64,000 bases of DNA from Podarcis cretensis (Eukaryota). Shown one piece after another: positions 41,049-53,390 of this stretch (the stretch's first letter is position 1; each line of letters starts with the position of its first letter). Below the pieces are notes generated by a model. The model saw nothing but the letters and a program-made list of their open reading frames with translations, had not been told where the DNA came from and made no database searches. Where the stretch lies: contig OX638149.1 of assembly GCA_951804945.1 (NCBI GenBank), forward strand, positions 93,806,001-93,870,000, written 5' to 3'. A program made the translations under genes and the position numbers.

Positions 41049-41331
41049 CTTAAGAATGAGAGATAAGACTTAAGCATGTGGGATGATCACAATGTCAAGC
41101 CAAGAAAAAAACATGAGGGATAAACAAAGGACAAAAGGTCACATAGTTTCTGAATATGGAAACCCAACTGAGCGTTTAGAAATAATGTCAAATACCCATG
41201 CTTTTCTGTTTTGAAAAGCATAAAGTAGACTGAAAAATGACAAAACCAGTTGTCTAGTTCTGTGATTCAGAACTTGGAAAAATGCTCTGCAACCGTCTTC
41301 TCATCCGAGCTATTTTTTGGGAACAGACATA

Positions 41332-42156
41332 CAGGTGAAACTCGAAAAATTAGAATATCGTGGAAAAGTTCATTTATTTCAGTAATTCAACTTAAAAGGT
41401 GAAACTAATTTCCAAATGAGATGCAGAAGTTGCTCTCATCAGAAAAGAGAACTTGGGACCACTGAGCAACAGACCACTTCTTTTTTTCTTTAGCCCAGGT
41501 AAGACGCTCCTGACGTTGTTTCTTGTTCAGGAGTGGCTTGACAATACGACATTTGAAGCCCATCTCCAGGATCCGTCTGTGTGTGGTGGCTCTTGATGCA
41601 CTAACTCCAGCCTCAGTCCACTCCTTGTGAAAGTCCCCAACACGTTTGAATGGTCTTTTCCTGACAATCCTCTCCAGGCTGTGGTCGTCCCTGCTGCTTG
41701 TGCACCTTTTTCTTCCACACTTTCCTCTTCCGCATAACTTTCCATTAATGTGCTTTGATACAGCACTTTGCGAACATCCAACTTCTTCTGCAATTACCTT
41801 TTGAGGCTTTCCCTCCTTATGGAGGGTCTCAATAATGGCTTTCTGCAAAACTGTCAGATCAGCAGCCTTCTCCATGATTGTGCTTCCTACTGAACCAGAC
41901 TGAGAGACCATTTAAAGGCTCAGGAACCCGTTGCAGGTGTTATGAATTGAATAGCTACTGCACCTTTTCTGAGATTGTTAATTTGGTGTTTTTATCAGCT
42001 GTACTCCATAATCATCACAATTATAACAAATAAAGGCTTGACATATCTCGCTTTGCATGTCATGAGTCTATCTCATATATTAGTTTCACCTTTTAAGTTG
42101 AATTACTGAAATAAATGAACTTTTCCACGATATTCTAATTTTTCTAGTTTCACCTG
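41332..42156 (-). mobile_element. Internally deleted Tc1-family DNA transposon (825 bp)
   Basis: TA target duplication at 41330-41331 and 42157-42158. 78-bp inverted termini CAGGTGAAACT... at 41332-41409 and 42079-42156 differ at one position. Encloses the N-terminal half of a transposase. Confidence 0.95.
41405..41875 (-). pseudogene. Truncated Tc1 transposase ORF (156 aa from MEKAADLT): bipartite HTH DNA-binding region plus first catalytic Asp only
   Basis: KVIAEEVGCSQSAVSKH helix-turn-helix, GRKR linker, second HTH, KPLL, and W..VLFSDESNF motif. The frame ends at a TAG supplied by the terminal repeat at the deletion junction. Confidence 0.9.
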
Positions 42157-42206
<50 letters not shown>

Positions 42207-42255
42207 CCTACCTACCTATCTACCTATCTACCTATCTAATATCTATCTACCTATC
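42157..42255 (+). repeat. (TATC)n/(TACC)n tetranucleotide repeat
   Basis: Direct reading; starts at the TA target site of the Tc1 element. Confidence 0.95.
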
Positions 42256-42405
42256 ACTATTTATTAATCTATTTCAAAATTACATTTGAAGAACAGAAGA
42301 ATTACATCAGTCCTGAAATCTCAAATGCATTATGAAAACATATTTTTTAAAAGAACAAAAATACAAAAATGATGGCATTATACAGAATAACAGCAATAGG
42401 GCTAC

Positions 42406-42576
42406 CTTCACATAAATGTGTGTTGCACAGTGCTTCCTCAGTGTGCAGTCCAATGCAGATATCCTCCCCATTAGAGGGCGCTGGGTTGGTGCAGGTTCGG
42501 GTGCGCTGGTAGTGCCCTCCTCCACAAGTTGCTGAGCACTGAGACCAAGGAGTCCAGCAGGACCACGAACCTTTCA
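42406..42576 (-). CDS. SEMA5B: SEMA5B exon, TSP1 repeat (171 nt, phase 1-1)
   Basis: cttag|TG ... GAAG|gtagcc. (V)KGSWSCWTPWSQCSATCGGGHYQRTRTCTNPAPSNGEDICIGLHTEEALCNTHLCE. Confidence 0.96.
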
Positions 42577-43850
42577 CTAAGGATCATTCAAAATAAAACA
42601 ATACAAAGATGCAGGCATACTTTTCACCCAACTGTTAATCTCATCACAATTAAAAAAACCAACCCAAATCATTATTTCAAGGAGAAGAAAGCTATGGAGA
42701 AGCTACCACGCTAGATGAATAGCATCCTAACTATTTGCCTACAAATACTTTTCCTCACTGATCACAAGTCCCTATTGGTTTCTTTCTCTGCCAAAATGAT
42801 TTAAGTTAGTTCATTGCATTTCTGGCCCCTCCAAGCACATAGTTCTGAAAAAGGAGGGAAGGAATGGCTATGATTATAATGCAAAAGTAATGACTATTCT
42901 CACACATGCACATTTTTTGCAACATCCAAACAATGTCATTGGCATCAAAAGCCAGACCATATTCCCCCCACATTTAATCTGGATTTACCCCGTCTGAGAA
43001 AAATCTGATACATTAAAAAAAAAAACACACCTTTTGCCCACAATGTATTTGTGATATCTGAATGGCTCTTTACAATATTAAGCCCCTGTCTGAAAGTCCC
43101 CTGGAAAAGCACTTCAGGGTGCACAAAACCAACAGGTGTGGTTTGGGGGGTTGGGAAAGGGTGGAGAAAATGGGGAAAGGAAGGCTCCTTTACTGTTCTA
43201 ATCCAGTAAGAAGCAAGGCCATAATTTCAAGGACTAGTTAACAAGGAAATAATATTTCCTGATTGCCAGTCAGGAAAGAATAACCAATACTTAGAGGTGG
43301 GTAAGCCATATTGAAATAAGCAAATCTGGACCATGGAATGGTGAGCAAAGTCAAAGTACTAGATCTAATCTTAAACTTAAAGACACATCTGATTCTGCAC
43401 AGCTCTCGCTTTACTAAAGGAGCAGAAAGTTCTAATGTTTTTGCAGCAATGAGATTTGGTTGCACCCTCTCTGCGTGCGATCCAAACTTTCTTTGCCTTT
43501 TGAGGGCTGAGCTTACAGCTACGTATGTTAAATGCCTTCTGCAAAAGTGCCAGCTCTAACATCAGGAACAATCATGCCATGCAGCAGGGTGAAGTGGTTA
43601 GCATTAGATGGCATCATGAGGCATGAATTGGTTTGTGAATGGTGCAGCGAGACTTTTCCACATTGTTGGCCCTAGCAGGGAAAAAGGGGACCATATGTTG
43701 GCTCTGCTTCGGGCAGGAAAATGTCTTGGGCCAGCACAGGCAAACATGCCCTACGATGGCAGGGTGAAGAGTAATGGAAGAACTTCATAGCACGCTTCTT
43801 CAGCATGCTACTCACACTGAACAAAAGCAGGGAACGGTCACAGTATTTAC

Positions 43851-44069
43851 CTGGACAGGGATGTGGGTTGCAGTCCTGATATTCCATTGCAGATCCTATG
43901 CAAGGTAGGCCACCGTTTTTTGGTTCTGGATTGGTGCATGTTCGCTTCCTGGTTCTGAAGCCCAGCTCACAGTCTCGAGAGCAAGATGACCACCCTCCCC
44001 AAAAGGACCACCCACCATTGATAATCCGAATAGAGGTCTTGCCGCTTTTCAGAAGGTCATCAACTAAAG
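43851..44069 (-). CDS. SEMA5B: SEMA5B exon, TSP1 repeat (219 nt, phase 1-1)
   Basis: cccag|CT ... CCAG|gtaaat. (S)LVDDLLKSGKTSIRIINGGWSFWGGWSSCSRDCELGFRTRKRTCTNPEPKNGGLPCIGSAMEYQDCNPHPCP. Confidence 0.95.
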
Positions 44070-44523
44070 CTGGGGGGCAGTGGGGGGGGGAGAAAGAAAA
44101 ATATAGGAATTAAACACATGGAAACCCCCAGCTTTCTTCCCAACCTTGCAGCAGCAGATGTGGGCAAGGAGTGTTCAGACAATTGCATGGTGAACTATGT
44201 TCCCTTCCCAGCTTCAAGGCTAAGAGGAAGGCTGGAAGACTGTGTTGCCTAGAGCATCTTAGCCATACAAGGTCACACTGGCACTCTCTCTCTCTTTCCT
44301 TCTCTAAAGTAAGAGATTTCTGTGGCAGGTGAACTGCCAAGGCTTCACGAGCACCCCAGTCACATGGGCACACTGGCAAGATTCCCTCCCCTGCAGGTGA
44401 TCATGGCAAATATAGGTTACATTCATCACATAGTGAAGAAAAGAAACTGTGGTGCAGTAAATGAAATGAACCTGCTTAGCCCCACTCATGCCAACATGTG
44501 AGTGGTGCTAATGGTGCAGACAC

Positions 44524-44990
44524 CATGCAGTGGTGGTGGGCTGGATGAGGGCCAATGCACTGAGCTTGAATCCTGGCAAGATGCAGGCTCTGTGGGCAAA
44601 TAATTATTGTATCCAAGAAATCGGAGAATTACCTGCCCTGCATGGGCTTGCACTCTCTCAGAACGAGCAAGTAAGCACTCTAGGGGAGACCCAGGTTTCT
44701 TACTGGAGGACCTGGTGACTAGGAGCACTTTTTATCAGCTTCAGCTAGTGTGACATTGGTTTCTGGACCAGGATAGCCTGATCACAGTACTTCAGGCACT
44801 TCTGATTGGATTACTGCCATGCAGGTGGATCTTCCCTTGTGTTTGGCCCAGGAACTGCATCTACTGCAGAATGATTGCCGGCAGGAGAGAGAGAGACCCT
44901 GCAGAGGGATGAGCTGCCAATTTGTTACTGGGTGCGTTACCGTTAATATATAAAGCTTTCAACACCTTGGGACCAGTTTGCTTGCCCCAT
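44524..44990 (+). mobile_element. Decayed L2-type LINE ORF2 fragment
   Basis: Translates WMRANALSLNPGKMQAL, resembling the WM..N.L.LNP.KTE motif downstream of L2 reverse transcriptase. A later GATTGGATTACTGC fits the RLDYCN motif. Frames are disrupted. Confidence 0.65.
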
Positions 44991-45413
44991 ATATATCCAC
45001 TTGACTGCTTCAATCCATGGCACCTCAATTATCTGAAATACCCCCACAATTGTGCTCTCAACCACACAGTCCTATCATGCGCTCCTGTAGTGTGCAATCA
45101 CAGCAAGCTGAAGTGACCCCTATACTGCTTGATGTGTGTAGGGCATCTTAATAAACACAGAAATTAAGATTATGCACCTCCAGCAACACAGTGTTTGCAG
45201 GTGTGTGAAAAGCTCCCAAGCAAATTCCCTAATGCTCATCCATCCTGACAGAGTATATACTGTCTCAATCTGCTGGCTTTGATTTGCTCTGTTGCCATCA
45301 ACATAGATCAGCATTTATCCAACCCTACGCTTCAGCTGCCCACAACCTCCAGCATGAATAACAAGCAGCTTAGCTTGGCGCTCGTTATAATCTCGCAATC
45401 TGGCAGGACGTAC

Positions 45414-45639
45414 AATCAGTGTCGCAAACAGCTGAGCCGTCATTGGGGCAGAACCGACTCTCCGTCTTCTTCCTGCCAAACTGGAGGTCGTGAGGGTCAG
45501 CAAGCTGAGCGCGGCAGGTGTAGCGGAAACGCTGTTCTTGACGAGCGCCACTCTGAGTGATGTTGGTGGGCATCCATGGAGTCCAAGGTGTGTTTCTTCG
45601 GACCTCTGGGCAGGCCTCTGGGCTGCAGGTTTTATACTC
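45414..45639 (-). CDS. SEMA5B: SEMA5B exon, TSP1 region (226 nt, phase 0-1)
   Basis: tgtag|GAG ... GATT|gtacgt. EYKTCSPEACPEVRRNTPWTPWMPTNITQSGARQEQRFRYTCRAQLADPHDLQFGRKKTESRFCPNDGSAVCDTD. Confidence 0.95.
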
Positions 45640-45947
45640 CTACAGAAATAGGAGAAAATGGGGGAAGGACCCAATTATTAGCATTTACTTGAGGGTTTGC
45701 AGCTGTACCAATGCACTTGGGGGCAATGACATTTAAGGAACAATAAGATAAACCTCTGATTATTTGACTCAAAATCACAAAACCACTGAAGCAGTAATAA
45801 AGCTCAGAAGGTGTATAAATCAAGGTCTGGTATTGCTTCCAGTTCTTTAACAGAATACAATGCTGAGGCGATAGGCGTACACATGCATTACATACAGTGC
45901 CCATACTAATGCATGCAAACGAATTCCATAGACAAAGGCCCGGTTGG

Positions 45948-46040
45948 AGGCGTTTCCATGCGCTCTGGCTTCCATCATGGTGTCCCGTTGCGCCAGAAGC
46001 GGTTTAGTCATGCTGGCCACATGACCCGGAAAGCTGTCTG
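45948..46040 (+). mobile_element. Sauria SINE internal fragment
   Basis: GGCGTTTCC...CGCCAGAAGCGGTTTAGTCATGCTGGCCACATGACCCGGAA matches the body of the 56.8 kb copy. Confidence 0.8.
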
Positions 46041-46198
46041 TGGACAAATGCCAGCTCCCTTCTTACCTAGCCCCTAGGTCAATTACCTGTAAGCTCCCTC
46101 TCTTCTCTAAGCACAGGTGTATAGGACAAGTCCTAAAGAACTGAGGAAAAGAGAACATAAGAAAACAGCAACGAAAGCCTATCTGAATGAAAACGTAC

Positions 46199-46346
46199 CA
46201 CAGCACAGCCTGGGCAGGAGTTTCCATTTTCACAAGACCTCTGCCTGGAGTGCACCCCTCCACCACAATTTGCGCTACATTTATTCCAAGGGCCCCACGA
46301 AGACCAGAAGATTGGCAATGGGCATGGACTGTTCTCATTGCAGAAC
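46199..46346 (-). CDS. SEMA5B: SEMA5B exon, TSP1 repeat (148 nt, phase 2-0)
   Basis: tccag|G ... GTG|gtacgt. FCNENSPCPLPIFWSSWGPWNKCSANCGGGVHSRQRSCENGNSCPGCAV. Confidence 0.95.
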
Positions 46347-46984
46347 CTGGATGGAAACAAAATTCCAGGGAGGGAAATAAGGAAACAGTAATGCAAGTCA
46401 GTGTCCTGGAGCACCCCAAAGGAAAGTTGTAAAAGACTCTGCAAGGAACTGTTCGCACCAGGAAGAAAAAGGCTGACATCAGGTTGAGTAGAAATTCAGC
46501 TTCAGCACCACAAGTAAAAAGATGCAAGACCCACTGAAATAAACGGGAAATAAATTTTGAGAAACTAGTCCTATTGATTTCAGTGGGACTAAAAGCATTA
46601 CTTACTTAGTCTGGATCTAAGCCATTCTTGTTATTGTCCATTCTGGAGGGGCTGGAGATTCCAGCAGGCTGGTTTTTCCCCAATTTGTAATACTTGCATC
46701 TTAACTATTTAATTATTTACACATCTTTATCAATGGCAACAACTTCTAAGTTGTTTGAATAGATGAACAAGGAATGAGATCTCTTTTGTTTGTTGTTTCG
46801 GGATTATGGTCACACAAGTTTTCTACCCTGTTTAAAAACTGTAATACTACTATTTCCTTTTTTTAAAAAAAAAACAACTGGATGGTCATAGCAGCAGAGC
46901 AACATCATAGGAGCTAACATTGACTTACGTTTGCTAAGTATAGCAAACTATCCTGCAAAAGACCCAGATAGTTTATACCCAAAT

Positions 46985-47344
46985 TAAAGGTAAAGGTACC
47001 CCTGCCCGTACGGGCCAGTCTTGACAGACTCTGGGGTTGTGCGCCCATCTCACTCAAGAGGCCAGGGGCCAGCGCTGTCCGGAGACACTTCCGGGTCACG
47101 TGGCCAGCGTGACATCGCTGCTCTGGCGAGCCAGAGCCGCACACGGAAACGCCGTTTACCTTCCCGCTGGTAAGCGGTCCCTATTTATCTACTTGCACCC
47201 GGAGGTGCTTTCGAACTGCTAGGTTGGCAGGCGCTGGGACCGAGCAGCGGGAGCGCACCCCGCCGCAGGGATTCGAACCGCCGACCTTTCGATCGGCAAA
47301 CCCTAGGCGCTGAGGCTTTAACCCACAGCGCCACCTGCGTCCCC
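46985..47344 (-). mobile_element. Full-length Sauria (Squam1) SINE, young subfamily
   Basis: Reverse complement is nearly identical to the 12.8 kb copy, with an ACCTTT tail. Perfect 15-bp TSD TATACCCAAATTAAA at 46974-46988 and 47346-47360. Confidence 0.95.
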
Positions 47345-50325
47345 ATATACCCAAATTAAATGTGCTCATAACCTACTACTAATGCTCACATTGTACCATT
47401 ATAATACAATTTTTTTTTCTGGCATTGCCTGGGTGAAGAAAATAAAAATGTTTTAAAAACAGATACATCTTTATAAGTGTGTATTGACAGTACTGTCCAT
47501 TAACTTAGTACTTAAGCCTTAAAGCATTGCAAACTACCGGTAATTTAGGCTAGAAATCCAGCTACTTGTAATTAAACTAGCCTCTTTAGGATCCCAAATT
47601 ATCTAATAATCTGATGCCAATTACCCTAAAATAAATGGCTGAACTATATTATTGTTTAGCAAGTATTATGCTGGGTTTAAGTAGCCAAGTCCTTATGAGA
47701 GTACAGCGAGTTGATAGATTTGATGGAAACTGGGCAACCATCACTATATATGTAACACAATGTTATCTGCTGTCAGTATGCCCCCATCCTTCAGATATTG
47801 TTTTGAATAGACTTATTACACAATTATTTGTGGTCCTAAAAACTGAAGTCTAGTAAGTTTGCAAAGCTAACTATCTCCCATTCTCTTTGCAAAATTTTCC
47901 TTTTTGTATAGGAAATATACATACAGTTTGCTTAGTTTGTAGTTTTGTTTGATTTATATTCTATGCCTGCCATTTGTAACTGTGCTTTAAGGTTGTAAAA
48001 ACTTCAAAAACAAAACAAGAAACCCACCACATAGTATCATGGTCAGACATTACTTTCCAAACCTGGCGTGAGAAGAAGCAAGGTCTTACAGCCCATTTAT
48101 TATGCAAATTTATTCCATGTCAGTTCCACTTTGTTCATTTGGACTTACCTCCCAGCCATTAAGGCTTGTGTGAACCCACAATTTAGTACAATCTCCCTGC
48201 CTCCTCTGCAGTTAGAAAGTAGTTTGGCCAAACAGATCATGTTCATCTGCCCCTAGGCTTTCTGGATATTTCCCCAGGAACTCTGGTCCAGGTAAATGTG
48301 GCATTCAGCTGTGTTCAGCAGCACTTTCCTTGAGTTAATTTTATTTTTGTCCAATTACTTTTGCCCATTTTAAAAATAAGAAAGTGCTAGCTCCACTTCA
48401 GTCATCACATAATAGAATCACCATTGCTATCACTACTTCAACGGAAAAAATGAAGTTATGTTTCCAGTAGTCACAGATCTAATCAAACATGAAGACACAC
48501 AGACTAATTATACGAAATGTCTTTTGCATTTGAAATTCCTGAGCAGGTTTTTGTCTGGAACTTTAGCTGGGGTACTAACCATTTCATTTTATTTTTGGCC
48601 TGAGGGACACATTCATCAATGGCCAAACCTCCTCCAAGGGGTGCAAAACAATGGTGTGTGTGTGGCCACTCTGCATTCTTACATGCTCACAGACACACTA
48701 AGGCAAAAAGCTTCCTCTCAGCTAATCTATGCAGATCAGCTAAGAAGAGGGAGTTACCCCCGCCTCCCTGCTCATCAACTTGATGTCTGGGGGAGGGAAC
48801 AACTTGTATTTCCACCCCCATCTCAGTGCTGCGTCCTTGTCCTTTTTCTTTGTTTTTTTGCCACCACCAAAATTGGTGAGGTCTTGGGGGCATGATAAAA
48901 ATTTGCTTGGGGAGCCAAATGAAACCTCAATTTTGAGCAAGTCCAGCTACAAAATAAGCTGGCTCTCCCCTTCTTATCATGTTTAACAAAGAATCAGGCC
49001 TTTTAAAATAAGAATTACTTACTTTATAATGATGCATTGGTTCACAGCTACAGTAGCAGTAAAAATTATGCAGGCAAAATACTTATCTTAACATTATAAC
49101 TAAAGCTGCATATATCTGCATCCAATGCTGGTCAAAGAAAGATGGAGGGGGGAGCATATTATGTGTCCCTTCCTCTCCAGACAGAAGGGGAAATGACATC
49201 ACACAGAACCTCTCTACCAATTTTCTTTCTATGATCTTAGCCCCTTCTCATGATAACTATCAAGAATATGTATTTGTTAGGTTTGGCTGCAAATCTCCCA
49301 CAAAACACACCCCTGGTTTTCTGACACTCAATACCTGTGACTTCCAAGCATGCTTAGGGTGTTTTTTATTTTACCCCCATGGCCCATTTTTGGCTCCACT
49401 TCTGTTAGCACTGACTATTTTAGTTTGCTGGTGTGGGGAATGGCATGCCATCTAAAGACTATCAACCCTCCTATGAAAATGCAGCATATGTGCAGTTCTC
49501 CTTTTAAATATGCATACTATTTTCTTTCTCTATTCATAGCATAGCATAGCATGTGTTATGGCTAGAGCATCCTTATGCTCTTATTTCACTTCTTGAGCAA
49601 ATTTCTATCTCATCCTTCAGCACAAGAGCTCTATGGCTGGCTAACAGCTCCCATTCTGAATAGCAAGTGGCAATATTATGTAGTACCATAGCATATTTCA
49701 CTGAAAAATTCAGGTTTAGCAACCTCAACAGCTTAAGAATGCCATACTTTCTTTAAGTTATGGGCCTTGTTTCAAACTATTATTTTGACATATGGGTGTG
49801 CAACACAGTAACATATTTATATTTATTTAAAAGGTCTGTAAGGCAGCTTTATAGGCAAAAATGAATAATTATGAGAGCAATATAAAAACACAATATGACA
49901 ATGATGAACCTAAAACACACATAATGTAAATGAAATAGTGAAGACTAGCAGCAGCAGAAGTAGAAGAATACAATAAATCACAATCTCATTCACAAAAGGC
50001 TTGGGGGGGGTGAGAATTAGTTTTTTTTACTTGTTCCCTAAAAGATTAAAGAATGGGTGCCAAACAGGTGTTTCTGGGGAAGTGTTCCACAATCAGGGCA
50101 AGACCCTATCCCCAGTTGCCACCTGCCTAACCTCTACAGGTAGGGTCACCAGGAGCAGAGGTCTCAGACGATGATCTCAGTGAGTGGGCAGGTTCATATG
50201 GGAGAAGACATCTGGGATGGGTCACTAATCCATGTGGTGTAATGAATTCTTCAAAAGAAAACACAAGAGCTCTGAGCCAAAAAAAAAAGTCTCATAGAAG
50301 TTCAGGGATGGGGAACGACTCTCAC

Positions 50326-50469
50326 CGCTCCTCTCTGCTTTGTCCGACACAGACCCTGCCTCCGTATCGCGGAGCAGGGTTGCTGCACGACCTCTGACGG
50401 ACCTGAAAGCCAATCCCACAAGAAGTGCTGCAGGGGGCCCAGGACGACCATGGTGTCCAAGCTCCATTC
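50326..50469 (-). CDS. SEMA5B: SEMA5B exon, TSP1 repeat (144 nt, phase 2-2)
   Basis: gtcag|G ... GAGCG|gtgag. NGAWTPWSSWAPCSTSCGIGFQVRQRSCSNPAPRYGGRVCVGQSREE(R), with WxxWxxW motif. Confidence 0.96.
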
Positions 50470-52814
50470 CTGACAGAGGGGAGGGGGAAGGAAGAAAGAT
50501 AAAACATGGCATCTGGGTTAATTCTTATTTTTTTCAACTTTAATGCTAAGTTCAACACTGCTGGCTCTGGAGTACCAACAGGTTGCAGAGACTGACTAGC
50601 ACTACGAAGCACACTTCAATAGAGGTTAGCCCAAGAAACAGACAGAGATTAGGGTTAGAATTCTGCATGTGCTTTTTTTTTTTAGTCTTCCCCAACTTTT
50701 AAATTTGAACAAACAAAATCCATGGCAAATTCATGTTGAACAGATTTAAGCCTATGCTAAACATAATAAGGGCAGGCGAGGGTTACATTTTTCTACCCTC
50801 CATTACTCATAAATTTGCAAAGTTTTGTATCATTTCTTGAGTTCCTTATGAAACCTTTTTTTTAAAAGAAGATGTCATGGTGTTGTAGAAAAACCTGCAG
50901 AATCGAATATGTGGGGTGCTGGAAGGGGAAGAATTACAAAGGCTTGGGCATAAGAGATGAAAGATGCCCTGACCTCACTTAGGCAACTTCAGAAGCAGCA
51001 TTTGCTACACATAATAAAGCTTTATAAGCACCGAATCATTTATTTATTGTATTCTAAAGGCTCAGAATGCATTACATTTTTAAAAAACAACAATGAGAAA
51101 CTAAAAAATAGACATACTGTAATTGCATAAAATAAAATAAAAAACACAAGCAGTTTAAAACATCAGTTAGTATTTCCTTAAGCATAAAGACAAGACAATT
51201 TATTTTTACGGTCATTTGAAGATTCAGGGAACACTCTTAGGATTCATAGAGCATTCAATTGGTGGGCCTGGAATATGACAAATCAGACTGCTAAACCATC
51301 TGTGAGGTGCTATTTCTCAAGAAACTTTCCTCCAATTTCAGGTGTTCTCCTTGCCCAATACTTGTTCAAATTTCTCTCATTTTACATTTGCCTTTTAGCT
51401 CACAGAACCCTAGATTCCCAAATGATGTGTTAATGTCAGGGCCCATTTAATAAAGGAAAGACAGATACTGTGGTGGTCAATTATTTTGAAAATGATTGGA
51501 ACATATTCTTCTTTCTTAGAGTAGGTATGTGTCTTTCCTTAGAAATGCAGAGTCGCAACAGAAAAGACATTTCAGGGGCAAAGTTATACCCAATCCTCAT
51601 CCAACACCAAATAATTGTTATTTTACCAAATGTAGTTTCCCTTTTGCCATCGCACACTCCTGCTTTTCACCTCAGTGGTCCTGAGCAAGTGACAGAGCAA
51701 CTATCTTCTACAGTGCATTCTCAAGTCCATATCACATGCTGTCCTGTTTCTTGTGGTCCTGAAAGTTGAGCTGGTGAACAGATGTGTTGATTTTCCAAGA
51801 ATTGACTGAATTAATAAAAGTGCTTGGCAACCAGCGGGTACCCGGCAAGGCACCAGCTGCAGCAGGAAGCTTAAATTAAAACCTGCGTAGCCTTCATGGT
51901 TTTCAAGTCCGTTATCAACTCTCCCATTCTCTTGGCACTGTTCTCTTTTCTTTCATAAGAAGGTGAGGAAATAAAAAAGGACTTCCATACAAACTGTGAT
52001 ATAACCCATGTTTTGCCTATTGTTTCCTTGACCGTCTAAGAAAGACATAGTATCCAAAACTTAAAATATGTGATTACAATAAATGAATAAATGCTTTCTA
52101 TCACACCCCTTAAGTGGGTAGGGGGAAGCCACAGAAATCAAAACCACCAGTATCCAAAACTCAAGTAAGTAATATATTTCTAAAATCATTCCATGTTTTG
52201 TGTGTAGTTTTAAACCCTTTTAAAATCATCCATCCATATAGCAAAACATTTGATTAGCCAAATGTTTTGGATAGTAGCCATGTCATTTGGATAAATGAAG
52301 TTCAACTGTATATGCACATATTTTGTTTTGAAGATTAAGATTTTTAAAGGAGGAAGTCTCAATTTATATTCAAAGTGTAGACAATCTTCAAGAAGGTTTT
52401 CATCAGCACTGTGGCATTTGCAATCTTAGATCTCATTTATAACTAAAACACTTATTTAAACTTTGTAATGAAAGCCTAGCAATGCCATACGAAGACAGTT
52501 AAAATTGAAATACTAGACCTGCAATGAGTGTAAGATGATCATATGGCTGTATTTCTTAACAGTCACTGAATTTTAACACTGAATGCATTTCTCATCCACT
52601 TCCTACAGGCTAATCTTGTGGTATCCCACACTTTTGGAGATCATGTTGTTGGCAATGATTAAATGATTGCATCAGCTGCCTTATGTCTCTTGCAGGCTCG
52701 AGGATGCTCCACATGGTAGAATTCTACCAGCTGTAAGAATGGCTGATCAAGAGCATAGAAAATGTAAAAGAAGATTGATCCACAAAGGCCCACATGCTTG
52801 CACTGGTATGCCTT

Positions 52815-52935
52815 CAAATTGCTAGGTTGGCAGAAGCTGGGACAGAGCAACGGGAGCTCACCCCATCGTGCGGATTCGAACTGCTGACCTTCTGATAGGC
52901 AAGCCCAAGAGACTCAGTGGTTTAGACCACAGCAG
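52815..52935 (-). mobile_element. Sauria SINE 5' fragment
   Basis: Reverse complement GCTGTGGTCTAAACCACTGAG...GTTCGAATCC...GGTGAGCTCCCGTTGCTC...CCAACCTAGCA matches the SINE head. Confidence 0.8.
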
Positions 52936-53390
52936 CATCCACATCCAGCAAACACAGATAGTAGTTGCTACACAGAAGTGTCTACACAAGCCTGAAGAAA
53001 AAAGACAGACTAAATCCCGCCAGGTGTGACAGATAAGATGGTCAAATTGCACAATGGCATCCCTATAGCTTACAATGCGTGTGCATGTGTTTAGGTCTCC
53101 CCAAAATAGTTTCTCCTAATCTAAATTGGATATGAATGCAAAATGATCAATAAAGATATGTGATGGGGACCATGAAAGTGGGGAAAAAACACACACATGC
53201 AATGTGGTAATGATGACATTGATTCAGGGAGCACAACAGATGCGAAAGCTAGCTCTCAGTGATCCACAGCAAACAAAAGGGCTGCCAGTTGAACTCAGCA
53301 AGCTACACAATATCAGTTGTATTAACAAGAATAGGCTGAAGCTGCCCATAGTGGCTGGGGCAACCCAGTCAGGTGGGCAGGGTACAAATA

